This document shows, one piece after another, positions 27,501 to 43,310 of a stretch of 64,000 bases of DNA. The position numbers and the translations under genes were made by a program. The stretch comes from Bispira polyomma (lineage: Eukaryota). The notes under the pieces were generated by a model. The model saw only the letters and a program-made list of their open reading frames with translations, had not been told where the DNA came from and searched no databases. Position 1 is the stretch's first letter; every line of letters begins with the position of its first letter. The stretch lies in NCBI GenBank assembly GCA_965649765.1, contig OZ287757.1, positions 30,256,001-30,320,000 on the forward strand, read 5' to 3'.

Positions 27501-27530
<30 letters not shown>
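27501..27530. repeat. (TA)n microsatellite
   Basis: About 14 TA units. Confidence 0.9.
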
Positions 27531-27533
<3 letters not shown>

Positions 27534-29476
27534 TGAAACTATACCCTCACCAAGTACAGCCATATGGTCAGAAAGAAAAAAAAATAGATGTGTATATATA
27601 TTGCCAAATAAAAACGGGATTATACAAGTTAAAAATATCTAGGTTATTATTATTACCACACAAAAGCAGTACTGCTATCACACAGACATCACAATAAGCA
27701 CAATATCAATTCTTACTAGCAGGAGCTTATTACAACTTGGATGGGTATTGAGATTTGTACAGCGTCAAAGATGTTAGATTTTAGTGTCTCAAACATACAG
27801 TGAAACCTGTCAAAGAGAGAGACACCAACTCTGTATTAAAGACAAGTTTCATTTTTCCAATGTACTAATGTTTTTAACAATCCATGTATCCAGTCTTTAT
27901 ATAAAGACCACCTTTTCAAGTTCCCTTCTTGGGTGGTTTTTATATACAAGTTTCACGATAATTGATTTTTCTGTAATTTTTAACTGCAACTGTTACATTA
28001 TGCACTTATTTTTGGGGGGCTGAGAAATGTATGTACTCATTACATCACTGTGACGCGTTCATATAAAAGGTAATATATACATTTTTTACCGCTGTCACAA
28101 CTATAGGTCAAGAGGTGTACATTCTCTATGATATTAAAAGCTCTATATCACAATCACTGCATTGTAGAACACAATTGCTTTGGACAAAGGAGGGAAATGT
28201 GAACTATTTCCAACTAAGTAGTTTATATTTAAACTTTTTGACTTTTCCTAAAAAAACAATTTGAAACACGTTTTTCTTTCAAGTTATGGCAAGATAAAAT
28301 TCTTACTACAAACTTTTTAAGTTAATTCCAACAATTAATCCCAAGCGAAATTTTCAATTTTTAAATGGTATACATCCATTAATATCTTCAAATACATATA
28401 CAGTAGAACCTATATTATCTGCACATGTTAGGAGAGTAAAATTCAGTTTGGATAATAGAAGGTTCATAAAAATAGAAGAATAATATTCTATACAAAAGAA
28501 AAATAGAAATTTGGAGGAGTAAAATTGAGTTCGTAAAAAAAAATTTGAATATTTGGATAACAGAAGTGTAGATAATAGAGGTTCCACTGTTTATCTTTAT
28601 TTTAACTCAGTTTCACTGGTAACTGTAACACAATGGAAACCTCTATCTTCTGAAAATATTTGGGAGAGCAAGGTTTTGTTTGGATAATAGAAGATCAATT
28701 AAATAGAAGACGCATCTTAGCGTAAAATAGGGGGAAAAAAACCCAGATATTTAAGAAAGTAAAAAAGGAGTTTGTATATCTGGTTCTTCTACTTATAATT
28801 ATTCTTAGAGATTTTCTTATACTTAGAATTTTTTCTTATTCTTAAATTTTTTTCTAAGAATGAGCTTTGATTCTAAGAACGGTCAAGACCTGACTTATGT
28901 TAAGAAAAAGATTATGTATTTCTATGCACAATTCTTAGCTAAGAAAATTTTTAGAATAGATAATTTTCTTCGTATAAGAATGATTTTTATTTTAAGTATA
29001 AGATTGATTCTTATTCTAAGTATGAGAACTTTAGTGAATACAGGCCCTGGATAATAAAAGTTTGGATAATAGAGGTTTTACTGTATATTGCTTCTATAAG
29101 AAAAGGTAACTAGTTCTGCTTAATTACTTCAGTTTATCTTCTTCAGATAATCCGTGATAGATCTTTGTCAAATTTCTGTATGTCACTGTATATAAATACT
29201 TTATAAAAACGAAATGGAAAAAATTTGTCAATTTGGTTATTGTACAATTACTGAGATCATTTAAAACACAGACTTGACTTGCTCCGCATTTTTTCTTTTG
29301 TTAAAAAGTTAATTAGACTTTAAAGTAGATTTTGTATATACAAAAACTAATAGAGCATTTCAACTATCGGTGGTGTAGAAGTAACCTTTCCAACTCTGTG
29401 TAGTCGTGGATTCAATTCTTGGCCTTGACATGTACAGGGGCAAATTGGCAGTAGCGACTTGCTAATACCCAGTGGG

Positions 29477-29661
29477 TTTTTTTTTTTTTTTAATTGAGAT
29501 GTTGAACGTCCACTCTAGTACCTGTTTAGGGTATACTGGGATGGGTAGTTGGAAACGCTGGAGGAAACACTGCATACAGTTGATCAAGGTTCTGCACTAA
29601 AACCAGCGGCCTACAGTAAGGAACTACCACCTTTCCTACATAGGCATTGACAGGATTCGAA
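29477..29661 (-). mobile_element. 5'-truncated SINE family A nested in an oppositely oriented SINE (about 29365-29760)
   Basis: Poly-A tail; TSD CCAGTGG on both sides. Confidence 0.8.
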
Positions 29662-32600
29662 CCAGTGGTTTGTGGTGCTATAATCCTTAACCAACTACCC
29701 CTGTACTACTTTTCTCTCCAGCTCTAAACTCTCGGTTACAATATAATACACAGTCGCTAAAATTTAAATACAGGTTCTACTGCGAATTTTTTGGTGCACA
29801 GTTCAACCCCCACTGAAGTCAAACCTCAAGGGATCGGGCTAAATATACCTGTAATGAAGCAGGATTTCTAACTAACAGGGTTGGGATTTGACCAGCTGAA
29901 AAAAAATAAATCTAAATCTCAGGCATAGTATAACCACACAAAAAATAAGATTGCAAATTTACTTAATAAAGATATTATAGGCTTATGGTCCCAATGTTTT
30001 ATACTTTCAGTACAATGTTCTTTTTCAAATTGAACACAAACAAAATAATAGGTGGGTTTTGTCACAAATTTTATGTTTTCTCCTTGAAGGAGTATCCCTT
30101 GGAACTAAACAACGCAGACTAATCTATGTATAGAGTAAGGAATATAAAATTCGCCACTTTATCTGAACTTTGCCACCTAGAAAATATTGTGGTTTTGATA
30201 GAATTGTGGGTGATATTTTGCTGAAATTGAGATTTTTCTATTTAATTTTTTGGAAAATAAAAAAAATATTTGCCCAACCAAAACAGGGAAGTGTGAACCG
30301 CTAAATTGTTTACAAGTAAGAATTGATTTTAAATGGTGGATCATTTATTAGGTAAAAGGTATTAACTTTAAAATATCATTAAAGTTGTTATGTCTTACAC
30401 ATCGATATCAGCACTGAAAAGACCTAAACAATAAATTTTGTTGTTATGGACATAAACAATTCACCCACTACCCTCTACTGAAGATTACCTATGTCTATAC
30501 TTGATTGAATCAATTCACTACACATGTACTACCACTTAGCCTATCTTTATATAGCGTGAGGTAATCCTGTCGATTATTATCCTGACACAGTTCTGAAAGA
30601 AAAGATGTATAGCATTTCTAATAAAAGGTTCAAACATACACACAGTCATATACTCAGGTGCTTATTTCCTTTACAGCCTTGTGTCTCGTAAATTTGCGAA
30701 TTTTAACAATTTCTTTATGGGTTTTTATCGCATTAAAAATACTGTTCTTGGTGGAAATTGGAGCTGTAGTTTAAGGTTAAAATCATGTTAAAATATTATT
30801 TTGTAATGTAAATGATATATATATCATATATGGAAGACCCGTGAATCAAATTATACTAATAACTCAATGAATATAGCTAATCAATTCTTTAAATTAAAAT
30901 ATTTGTTTCGCTTTTGTATTATAATAACTAATATTATTCTTATTTGTTCAATTAAATCAATCTAATTCAAAACTCCAATCAGTGTTACACATAACCTTCA
31001 CAAACTACCTTTTTATAAATTAATTCTTGCATTTTGTCATATTCACTGTAAGCACTACTTTATGTAAAGTATAAACATGGAATCAGAACACAAGTGGATT
31101 TTTATCATTAGTCATGTTTTAAGAAAAAATTATTCCAAATATCCCACGGTGCTTTTTTAATATATTTCTTCTTTTTTCAAAAAATATTATGGCAGAGCTT
31201 AATTCTCATTACTATTATGTCAGCAATGTGACTTACTTAACCATTGATTTCCATTATGTCAGCAATGTTACAAACTCAACCACTGACCAGTGTTGGAACA
31301 ATACAGAAGACCGTCAGCCTGAGTCAGACAAGTAATGAGTTGAGCCATCTTCTTTTGTGGTGTTAGAGATTTTGTAATTTAAATTCCAATTTCTAGTTTT
31401 ATAATATACATTACCATCTTTTGTGGTTTTAGAGATTTTGTAATTATATTACAATTTCTAGTTTTATGATATACATGACCCAGAAAGTTCAACAAATTAT
31501 TTTGAAGTTTGTGCAACTTGGTATATTACTATTTTATCAAATTACTAACACCCGACGGTCAGGACCTGTAACTTCATGTCCAACCAGTAGATTTTTTAAG
31601 GTTGTAGGTCCTGCGGTCCTCCAACTATTTGACGTAAGTGTCATACACTGCGCTTAAGACATTATTTGTAGGCACCTAATACATTTTGAATAACCTTAGA
31701 AAAACTAATACTAGTTATTTGGTTGTACTTAACTTAATTTATAATTGGACAAGAAACTTACTTTCATTTAATACACATTTACCATAACATTTTACATGCT
31801 GGTTAACGTATTTACTGAAAATGCAACAAACGACTTCAAAGAAAAACAGAACAAAAAAAAATTAATTCTTTAATAAACTTATTTTAAGTGAAAATGTCTC
31901 GCTACAAAAAAAATTACCCATAAACGATCTGCCATATGATAAGGCAGGCATTTAAAATAATCAACTAACTTTAATATTGGTGTAAATTTAAATAGATTCA
32001 ACACACACATTATTGTATAGAATATTGAGTAAATACATTTTTTTCTACGGGGTATACAAATGTACTCTAAACAAACACACACACACAAAAAAAAGAACAT
32101 AATGAGTTAATATTATTCCCCAGTTGGCGCATTAAATGAGTAACTATGCAGTGTACGCAATGACGATATACATCTATATATTTAGATAGAACCTTTAAAT
32201 AGAATAATAAGCAACTACAAAAAACTACTTAGTGAGCTTCTCGTATAGGGTAACCAAAAGGAACAGTATTCAGAATTAGTAATTAGTAGGGCTTAGACAA
32301 AGGCTCCCGGTTACGCAATAGCAGGCCCAATTTGTTTGGAAACTGAAGAGAAAAGGTGTACATTTATAGGTGAAACTATTAAATAATTACCTATAATCTT
32401 AATTCACCTTGTCAAAACAGTATTTTTTTTTCTATTTTTTTTGCAGCTAATATACAACTTCCTCCTAATTTCCAATATTCTCCCAAGACATTTGCCGTTT
32501 TTGTTCAATAAATTTTGTTTACATCAACCGCCGTATTGCTAGACTGGTTTTCTGAGATTGTGTCGTAGTACAAGTGGTAATTGCATCTGGAAGAAACTTT

Positions 32601-33440
32601 CACTAATTTGCAAATTTTCAGAAGTTCACGAATTCATTTTCACTATTGATTAGTTAAAATATCAATAAAAGTTCAAAATTTTCACCATTGTTAAATTAGT
32701 TTTTACAATTCAGTCTGATTAGCTAAAATTAGTTAAAATTACTTCCCAAGTGAGAATGTCCATTTGTACAGTATTTTAGTACACGTCATTAATAATCACT
32801 CGACAGTACTACAATCAAACCCCTTTAAGTAGAACATCGATAAGGTGAACTACCAGTCGAGTAGAAATTATTTTAGGGTCCCATTGCTATATTTCTAATA
32901 GAGAGTTACCGCGTTAAGTAAAAGTTCTCTTGAGTAAAACATATTTTTATTGTCCCTTCAGATTCGGTTTAACAGGGTTACACTGTATACAATAAGTAAG
33001 ACTATTTATTGTGCCTGAAAATTGTATTGTGACAAATTCCAATTGTAGTTCAGTCATATTCACAATATGAATTGCAATATCATGATACTTTTGCCAAAAA
33101 AAAAAGGTTAAGGCCACACTTTTAAAGAGTCACCTCGACAAGCTTTTAGAAAAAAGTTCATATTTTAATTTTAATCCTTGAAAGAACCTTTTTTCAGACT
33201 GTGTTGTATAACTTGCAGTAAAAAAGTCCCGAGTACTAATAAAACCCTACTAGAGAGAATAAAACCCCTCCAAAAAGTGACACACTAACAAAAAATTGGA
33301 TGCAGGCAATGATATACACACACAAGAAATAAACAAAATAAACAACAAAAACTGGTGTTATACACATATTCTTATGAGTCATCATTTTATGAGTAAAATT
33401 TTCCTAAAATTCTGTCCCATATGGCTGTACTTACACAACA

Positions 33441-34037
<597 letters not shown>

Positions 34038-34380
34038 TTATACATAGTACCCATTCCCTTAGAAAAAAAAGAGCTTTTAGAGTTGATTTCATATATCCAG
34101 TGGGGACTTCACCTAGCTTCACTTTAGTCGGGATATTGGGAACCCCAGATTGTGCTGACCTTGGTTATAGAATACAACTACAGCCTTTTACATCATATTC
34201 GCTTTATAGTCAACTCAGCCCCCAAAGTTACAAATGCCACCCCCCCCCCCCAAAAAAAGAAAAAATTACAACATGATAAAATATTTTTATTATTGGAAAT
34301 AATCTATGCTTGTAACCATTCATTTCAATAAAGTTTTCAGCGCTGAATTCAAACATGCAGTCAGATTTTACTTAACTTTA

Positions 34381-34635
<255 letters not shown>

Positions 34636-35199
34636 CTAATATAAAAATACAGATTCAGCGATTCTGTTTACGCACTTATGTACGTAAATTTAAGTATATG
34701 TTTTATGAAATTTTATGAATAGACATATCGTATTTTACACCATTTGTAGCCATTGTTGTACAAGCACTTAAATTTTAAGCATGACCCTAAAATTTTTTAA
34801 TTGACCCCCAAATTGTATGTTAAAGCATCAGTGTTAATCTGTGCCCCAAAAAAGAGGAACTGCTGAGATTATTTCCCATATTCAAGGGAATTTGACTCGG
34901 CACAGTTTTATATGAAGCGAATCGACTGTATAAATTGTTCCATGGGCGACACAAACAACAAATACTCACAAGCAAGAAAAGCCAATGACTTACCACTATA
35001 TATGTGTCACAATTAGGTGATATTAGTGGTATCCAAGTGTGGCCCATTTTATAAATAATTTTTCAGAAAGCTCTATATTTATGGTATTTCTAGTTTTCCA
35101 TATTTTTGGCGATAGAGTTTGGTATCGGGTTTCCGTGTAGGTAATCATATAAGCATATTAGTGGGTAAATCGTTTGACTAGATATTAAATGTAAAATTA

Positions 35200-35424
<225 letters not shown>

Positions 35425-36882
35425 CTAAAACAGAGGAAGTTAGGTAATTATAAGTATTAGAATGAACAATTTTAGTATCAGTTGAATTTGAATTCAGTTG
35501 GGTTTTACACCACTTTATATAGCTTAAGTCATTAAGCTTAACAGGTTTGTAAAAAATTATATAACATTTTTGTAGATATAATATTTTTGTATATAAAAGA
35601 GAACTTTTTTTATATAACTTACTGTAATGGTGACCTAGATACCAGCATACAATACACATCAGTTCATTGTATTGTATATGTGTACCCACAAGGAGCAACA
35701 CATGTTTCATCTTACCCTCTTTATAGATTAAAGCCATTCTTTCATGTACTAAAAGAATGAGACAGAATCAACATGGTGTCAGAAGAGGGATACAAATGTA
35801 CCAATATTAAAGAAGACCATTATCAAAAGACTATCAATAAATATTATCTAAAGGGCGACCTATTATAAGCAATGCATTGCTTAAATTGTCCCCCAGTAAT
35901 GGCTTGTTTACATTTCTTGGTCAAAAATCTTATCACCCTTGTGAACTTAAAACATACCATTGTACCAGACAATTGCATAAACCGCAGTTTACAAAAGTTT
36001 TTTTTTGTGGCATTGTGGTTACCATGACACTACAAGTAACCTCTATGACTGCTGTGAAGCTGCAGTGTTTATACGTGTTGCATATGACATACATGTATTT
36101 ATAGTGATCTTTTAACCTCAAGTTTGCTTGTGATGGACCAGACAACTTGAAAAAAAAACAAAATCTGTGTCACTTTTATTCCGTCAGAAAACTAGATCCC
36201 ATGATCCCCATTCAGTGTTTGCAGACCCACTGTGCTCTTCTACAATTTTCTTAAATTATCAGCACCAATGCCAGTATAAATCATACATTATATTGTGGGA
36301 CTCTCACTTATGTGATTTTGAATTAAGACTCCCATTTGAGGGCTGTGAGAAGCTGGTCGCACATGTTTTTTCAATTAATTTAATTACAAATTAAATTTCC
36401 GCAATGGCCCGCAAACAGCAGTGAAGGCTCGATTAGATAGAATTTTTTTTTGGCAATATTGATTAATTATTTGAACTTTTGCATTCTTTATTTTGACGCG
36501 CATTTGTTTTTCTGCTTCATATATCATTGAATGTACACACTCAGCAGTTAGTGCCATGTAATGTACCAATCCCAGTTATCTACTCTCAATACAACATATG
36601 GTTAATCCTCGTATTTTCGGCCTACCTCATATTTTCGGCCCATATCACATTTTTGGTCTTAAACAATGGTTAAATTTTTGTCTATAAACAAACAGATTCT
36701 TTCCTAATGTTTGACTTATACAAGTAAACCAGTATCAGTTCATTTTGAAACCTAATTATATCAAATAGCCTGAAAAGCAATTGCAACCATAAGTGTTGAT
36801 TATTGGCTTAGTAGGCCGAAAATAGGGTGAACCTTCATACATAAGGCATGATCAAGGCCCACAAGTTAGGTAATTATAAGTA

Positions 36883-37056
36883 CAGTGGAACCTTGTTAAG
36901 TCGAATCTGAAGGGACCATAAATATGAGTTCCACTTAACAGAAATTCTACTTAACAGGGTGAATTGTAATTAGAAATATAGCAATGGGACATTAAAATGA
37001 CTTTTACTTAATCAGTAATTCCACTTATTAGAGTTCTACTTAAAGGGGTTTGACTG
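36883..37056. mobile_element. Tigger-like MITE family 2, representative copy
   Basis: TIR CAGT(C/G)(A/G)AACC..TTAAGT with TA TSD; related copies at 1-93, 7640-7817, 32811-32985 and 45885-46012. Confidence 0.75.
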
Positions 37057-37573
37057 TATTTGAATGAACAATTTTAGTATCAGTTGAATTTGAATTCAGT
37101 TGGGTTTTACACCACTTTATATAGCTTAAGTCATTAACCGCCAGTTACGACCGCCAGATTTACTTGGAGGAAGAAACCAAGTGGGGAAACACTGTAAACC
37201 ACTGACATACGGCAACTACAAACTTTCCCACATGAAGGACCAAATAGGATTCGAACCCAAATTGGTGAAAAACTAGTGATTAGTACAAAGCGTTTCTAAT
37301 CACTAGGCCACTGCAACCCACCGAATGGACAAAGTAACTGACATTTTTGGGGCTCAGGTGAAACCAATACTTTTGCTGTATGAAGGACAAAAGCAATAAA
37401 ATAGGAACTATAGACACAAGTAGTTGATTTCACATCATAGTTTCTTGTATATAGTTCATTATTAAAGTTCTTTTTATGATCATTTATAAGGCAGGCAATA
37501 ATTGGTACACAAGTGTTAAGTTTGTTAACTGGTCTCCCATTTACTATGCCTTTCTACTTGTGAATATTGTCTA

Positions 37574-37711
<138 letters not shown>

Positions 37712-38466
37712 TTATTGTAATGTATAATTTTAATGTGATTTATTGATGCACGGACATCTTCTGAAGCACAAACAACACGATCAATCTACTAATCAGGTCG
37801 CCTACAGCAGCAAAGGGACATGATAATGACTTCTACCTAATAGGTAATTCCACTTATTAGAGTTCTACTTAAAGGGGTTGGACTGAATTTGTGATATAAC
37901 AGAACGGGCATTTCTGTATAAAATAACAGGAAAACATAAATTTCGGAGAGTGAAAAATTATCCAATACCACAAGGACAAACAGAAGTTCTGAAAATACTG
38001 TAACTACATGAAGTAAAGAGAAAGACAGCAGAACCTCTATTATGTGAACATGTTAGGAGAGAGAGCAAGATTAAGTTTGGATACTAGAAGGTTTATAGAA
38101 TAGAAGAGGCACTGTAGCATAAACATACACTTTATGTTCATAAAATTAAATATTCGGTAATTAGAATTTCAGATAACAGAGGTTCAACTGTCATTTAAAT
38201 TTGAAATAACTCAAAAAAGGGACATGTATCACTTTTCTTGTGCTGTTATTCACCTTCATTGTTAATAGAAGGCAGCAGAGACATTCACAATTTGAATTGT
38301 TCTTCTTGGTGAAACAAACGAACCTTGTTTTAAGCATGGTAAGTATAGCATTAATTGACAGTAAAATGTTATTCATCAGCCAAACAAACAAAACAAAAAC
38401 CTAAAATGTTTTGAAGTAAATAATGTACTCCGAAAACAGATCTTAATTTGTGATTATATTATAGCT

Positions 38467-38727
38467 TTGAATTTGAATTAGGATATTTAACGTCCACTCT
38501 AGTACCTGTTTAGGTTATATTCGGACGGGTAGTGGAAACGCTGAAGAAAACACTGCATACAGTTGATCAAGATTCTGCACTGAAACCAGCGGCCCACAGT
38601 AAGGAACTACCACCTTTCCCACATAGGCATCAACGGGAGTCGAACCCATACCAGCCGATCCCAGAGGTGAGAGACCAGTGATTGTGAAGCGCAATGCTTG
38701 CTAACCACTAGGCCACCGCGGCCCCCA
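38467..38727 (-). mobile_element. tRNA-derived SINE family A
   Basis: Full length with A/B boxes; TSD ATTRTATTRTAGCT. Confidence 0.9.
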
Positions 38728-41304
38728 TTGTATTGTAGCTAATAAGTGTTATAGCACTTGAATATGATTTCATGGGAATAATAATAAATAATCAGTTTGT
38801 TATGAAGACCATCACAGACTTGTCAAATCAAGCTTTCAAACATCTAGATAAACATGTACAAAAACATGACTTACAAAAAAACAAAAACAAAAATCACACA
38901 AAAAAAGAAACAACAACACAAAAACAGGTCTATTACGACTTTGTGTAGAAATTGGGCTTCAGAAATAAGCTCTCTTTTCCTGCAAACAAATCCTTATCAC
39001 AAAGACTCTGAGACAAAGCCAATAAGTAGTACATTTCAATCACCTTCCTTTCTAATCTAGGACCCTATTCTCCCAAAACATTTCAAGTACAAACTTAGAC
39101 TCAAGATCAAATCTAAAACGTACACATATGTACACGTATCCCTGGCCGAGATATGTAAGTATAGGTAATGACACCTACATTCTTAAATTCAGCACTGTAA
39201 CCTCTAGTATATTGAATGGTCACAAGTGTAATAGGTAATTTACACGAACAGTGAATAACAGATAGCCCTCATTTGAATTCAGTCTAAGCCTAAGTTTCTC
39301 TGGAGATTAATGCAAATAGGCCCAATACTGCAGTACATTATTGCTTGAGTAGCACAAACAAGGGTTGATATATACCTTAAGGCAACAATAAAATACACAT
39401 CGCAGCAGTTCCATATGGTTTGAATACAGATGGACTTGAGATATATAGAAAAAAATACTTTGTAAAACAACAAAGATCAAAATCACACAACTAATATAAG
39501 TCCATATCAATCTCAATTCCCACACCAGGTTTCGCCCAATGAACCTTTGAACACAAAGCAATGATTAATTCCTTTACTAGGTTGGCATACTTTGTTTTTG
39601 TTTTGTTTTTTTTTACCTTCAGATAAGTCCTTGGCAAGGATAATGCACAAAACCCACACCACTACTACCCCAGCATGAGCTCTGAATAGTAACAACCTTG
39701 TTACTGGCAATGAACTCACACAGCAGAAATGTCAGCATGGCCATATACAACAAACCTGCTCAAGTAATTTCTCTTCAAAACCTAACTGCCACTTTAAGTG
39801 TTTCCATGCAGGCAATTTTACCGAGGTGATCAACCGACGGCCGACAGCAAGTTTATCAGTTTCATTGATTTATAAGGATCGGGGTTTCTATGAGCAACAC
39901 AGATAGCTGATTAGGGTAGAGAGAAAAAAAATCGTCCAGCATGCATAGTATCATAGTAGCATCGAATGTCACTATGTAAACATTGCCTTTTTGGGTGTTA
40001 CAGATCATTGATATCAATCAACAACACACATTTCCTTTTTTGGCCTGTAAAATTGCTTGTGTGGAAACATAAAAATTACTGATTGCCATCGAAAGTCAGC
40101 TGATTGGTTTCGCCTATTGCTAATATGGAAGCGTAGACTAAGTAGTACTAGTGTTGCTTCCATTTATCCTCTGTGAAGTTTGACATTGACAATTAGCATA
40201 TATCAGAAATGCACAACTAAAAACAAAATGTGTTTGTGACTAATTTATCCTATTCAATAAGAAATACATTAGATAGAGTTTGGACTTCCTTCAAACCCCA
40301 AAAATCTGAGTTATGAAACAAAGCACATATCTACATTAATTTTTACTGCGATTTTGAGTATTTTTTGAGTACTTTCACTTTAGTGCGAACCTTAACTTAA
40401 AATAACCTACATACATTAATTCTTTGTTTACCGTAACTTGTCTTTTGTAAACCTTCTACAAAGTTGTCACAAACATGTTTCTCTTTTGTCTCACATTAAG
40501 AAAGCACTCTCAGTACTTTTGTGTGGTCAAAAACAAAACAGAACAAACAGCAGAACCTCTTTTGTTTGAATTTCTACTCTTATGTATCTAGACAAACTAT
40601 TGCTCACACAACAGGTTCTGATAATATAAGTAGTTTTCCTCTGTATACTATATAGATTTCCTAAATATTATATCCATACACTTCAGTCTACAATGGACAA
40701 CGGCAACCTTGATGTTTTTTGCTACTCAAGAAGCAAAAAAAAAAAAAAAATTGCCTTGCATTGCCTTACACCACCTATCAGCGTTGTTCTAATAGAAGCA
40801 CATATTTTTAAATAAAAAAAAATCAATAGAATTGCTGTCCTCTGATCACCTTAAAAATTACTTGCATGGAAACATCCAGTTAACCTTGTTCTTTTATATT
40901 CTCAGGAAAAATTTAACAATCACAACTTTCTCTGCATATGGTCACTTACTATTATGAACAAGTAGCAGATCGATGTTTCAATAAAACAAAGACACACTAA
41001 CTAACTTGGGCTCACACTTACTCACTGAACACCTGTTAAAATAAATTAGCTCCACTACTGTTTCCTGCTCTGCACAAAATATATTAAGACATAATAAAGT
41101 GGATTTTCTATTAAGGCAATTTATTTTCTGAGACGAGCAGTCGACAGCAATTTTATTGGTTTCATTGATGCATAAGTATCTGTTTCCATGTAAGCAATGC
41201 CAATAGGCGGCAAGCAAAGCAAGTGAAATTTGTTTCGCTCCTGGTAGCGAAAACATAAAAAAATTTTGATTGCTGACGTCTATTGCCGACATGAAAACAT
41301 AAAC

Positions 41305-41495
41305 TATCACTCCACAACCAAAGTAAGCTCTGGATCCTCTTGGGGTAAAAATATCCTAAAAATTTGGTGAAAATCCATGAATGGGTTTAGCCTGTGGAAG
41401 TCCCACAAACTTTATGCTCGCCGCCGCCGCCGCCTCCGCCTGGACGGTGCAGGGGACGACTATAACCCCAGCCAAAGGCTGGGTTAGGTTAAAAA
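41305..41495 (+). mobile_element. Helentron/HINE (pearl-like) 3' end
   Basis: (GCC)n microsatellite followed by hairpin CCCAGCC-AAA-GGCTGGG (41467-41483) and an A run. Confidence 0.6.
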
Positions 41496-42960
41496 TTTAG
41501 TTAAAAACAACTGGAATATATGTAAGGCAAAATGCAAACAAAAATCTCAATTTCCACAGACTAATACCTATAATTCTACCAAAACTTTAAACCCACAACA
41601 TTTTGGCGAATTTCAGATACAGTGGGGAATTGTAGATTACTTTACTCTACCATCAATAGAAGCCATTGTACGTCTACTAAATACACATGCAAATACAGTT
41701 AAAACTTGAACCTCTTTTAAGTTAAGCCACAAGGCAACAAGAGATATACAATGTACTGCTTCGTAAATAGAAGAACCTGTTCCACTACTTGTTGTTACCA
41801 AGTGTAAGTACAGTTTCTTGAGTAAAAGCAACAAGCAGTTAAAACATTTCAAAACCAGTTGTTGGTTTGCACACTTTGCACACCACATTCCAAAATTAAA
41901 TTGAGTTTTATCCCTAAAGGCCATTAGCTGATACCAAGTGGTGTTATATTAACTCACTATATTAAAGGATCTATTAGCATGGGCTTGCTTTCAGCAGTCA
42001 CCGACGTCGGCCGATTTATTAAAATCCGAGCTAAGCCGACATCAGCCGATGTGGGGCTTCCTTATATCAGATATCTACTATGTAAAATAGTGCGAGAATA
42101 ATTTTTTTTAAATTTTTGTGCAAAAATCAGATTGACCTCTCGATTATTTTGCTCTCTGACCGATAAATTATGATGGGGGAACAGACTTTGGCCGACGTCC
42201 GAACGTCCGATCGGAGGGAAATATGTTGAAAGGAAGCACTTCCTAATATTAAATATTGACCAATAAAATCGGCTCAAAACAATTCCATCAGTTTTAATGG
42301 TTTATAAGTATCTGTTTCCATGTAAGCAGTGTGTCTTTTGGTAGTGAAAAGATAAAAATTACTGTTGCCCATTAAAACGTAGACATATTTTCTGATGTTC
42401 TAGTAACCAGTTAATAAGTGGTTATCATTTGGTCTTTTAGAAACCAACATCCGGGTGGAAATAATCCAAATCAGCTGAAAAATTTGCTTGTGTAAAATTA
42501 ATTTGATCATAGATTATAAAAGAGGGACAAAAAGTAATAGATAAGTCTAGTTTAATGGACTTTGTGTACATTTCCATGTCAGCAATTGGCGACGGCAATC
42601 AGCCGTCACTCGACGGGCATCGTCAATTTTTATGTGTCCATAGAATGAATACTCATAGTTAAACTTTTTGATGCAACAAAAAGTACAATTAACCCAATAA
42701 AATTGGCTTTCTTACGATATTTTCAGAAAAGTTTTAGCTTCTCTAATTCCTAAGTTAAAAATAAAAGAATCGGCAATGTTTACACAGTGACAAGTGATGC
42801 TAGCCATTTTTTTCACTCCTGGTAATACTACACAGACATAACACAAAAAGCATGAAAGACAGACTTTAGACTGTGTTTAAAATGCTCCCTATAATACAAC
42901 CATTATTAGGTCAACATTACAACCAATTGTTGTTAAAAAAACAGTTATATTGCAGTATGT

Positions 42961-43310
42961 TCCTGAACACATTGTGTTTGGGCTATAATAGAGTGAGTGT
43001 TCACAAACACATTGTGTTTGGGCTATAATATAGGTAAGTGTTCACAAACACATTGTGTTTGGGCTATAATATAGGTAAGTGATTACAAACACATTGTGTT
43101 TGGGCTATAATATATGTTAGTGTTCACAAACACATTGTGTTTGGGCTATAATATAGGTTAGTGTTCACATACACATTGTGTTTGGGATAATAGGTAAGTG
43201 TTCACAAACACATTGTGTTTGGGCTATGATTTAGGTGAGTGTTCACAAACACATTGTGTTTGGGCTATAATATAGGTTGGTGTAAATGAACACATTCTAG
43301 TGTTTAGGTT
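42961..43310. repeat. 41-bp minisatellite, about 8 copies
   Basis: Unit TCACAAACACATTGTGTTTGGGCTATAATATAGGTAAGTGT. Confidence 0.95.

Noticed and set aside
35460-35535. Duplicated 76-mer as an intronic C/D snoRNA
   Set aside because: No RUGAUGA box or terminal stem; explained as a SINE tail plus flank.
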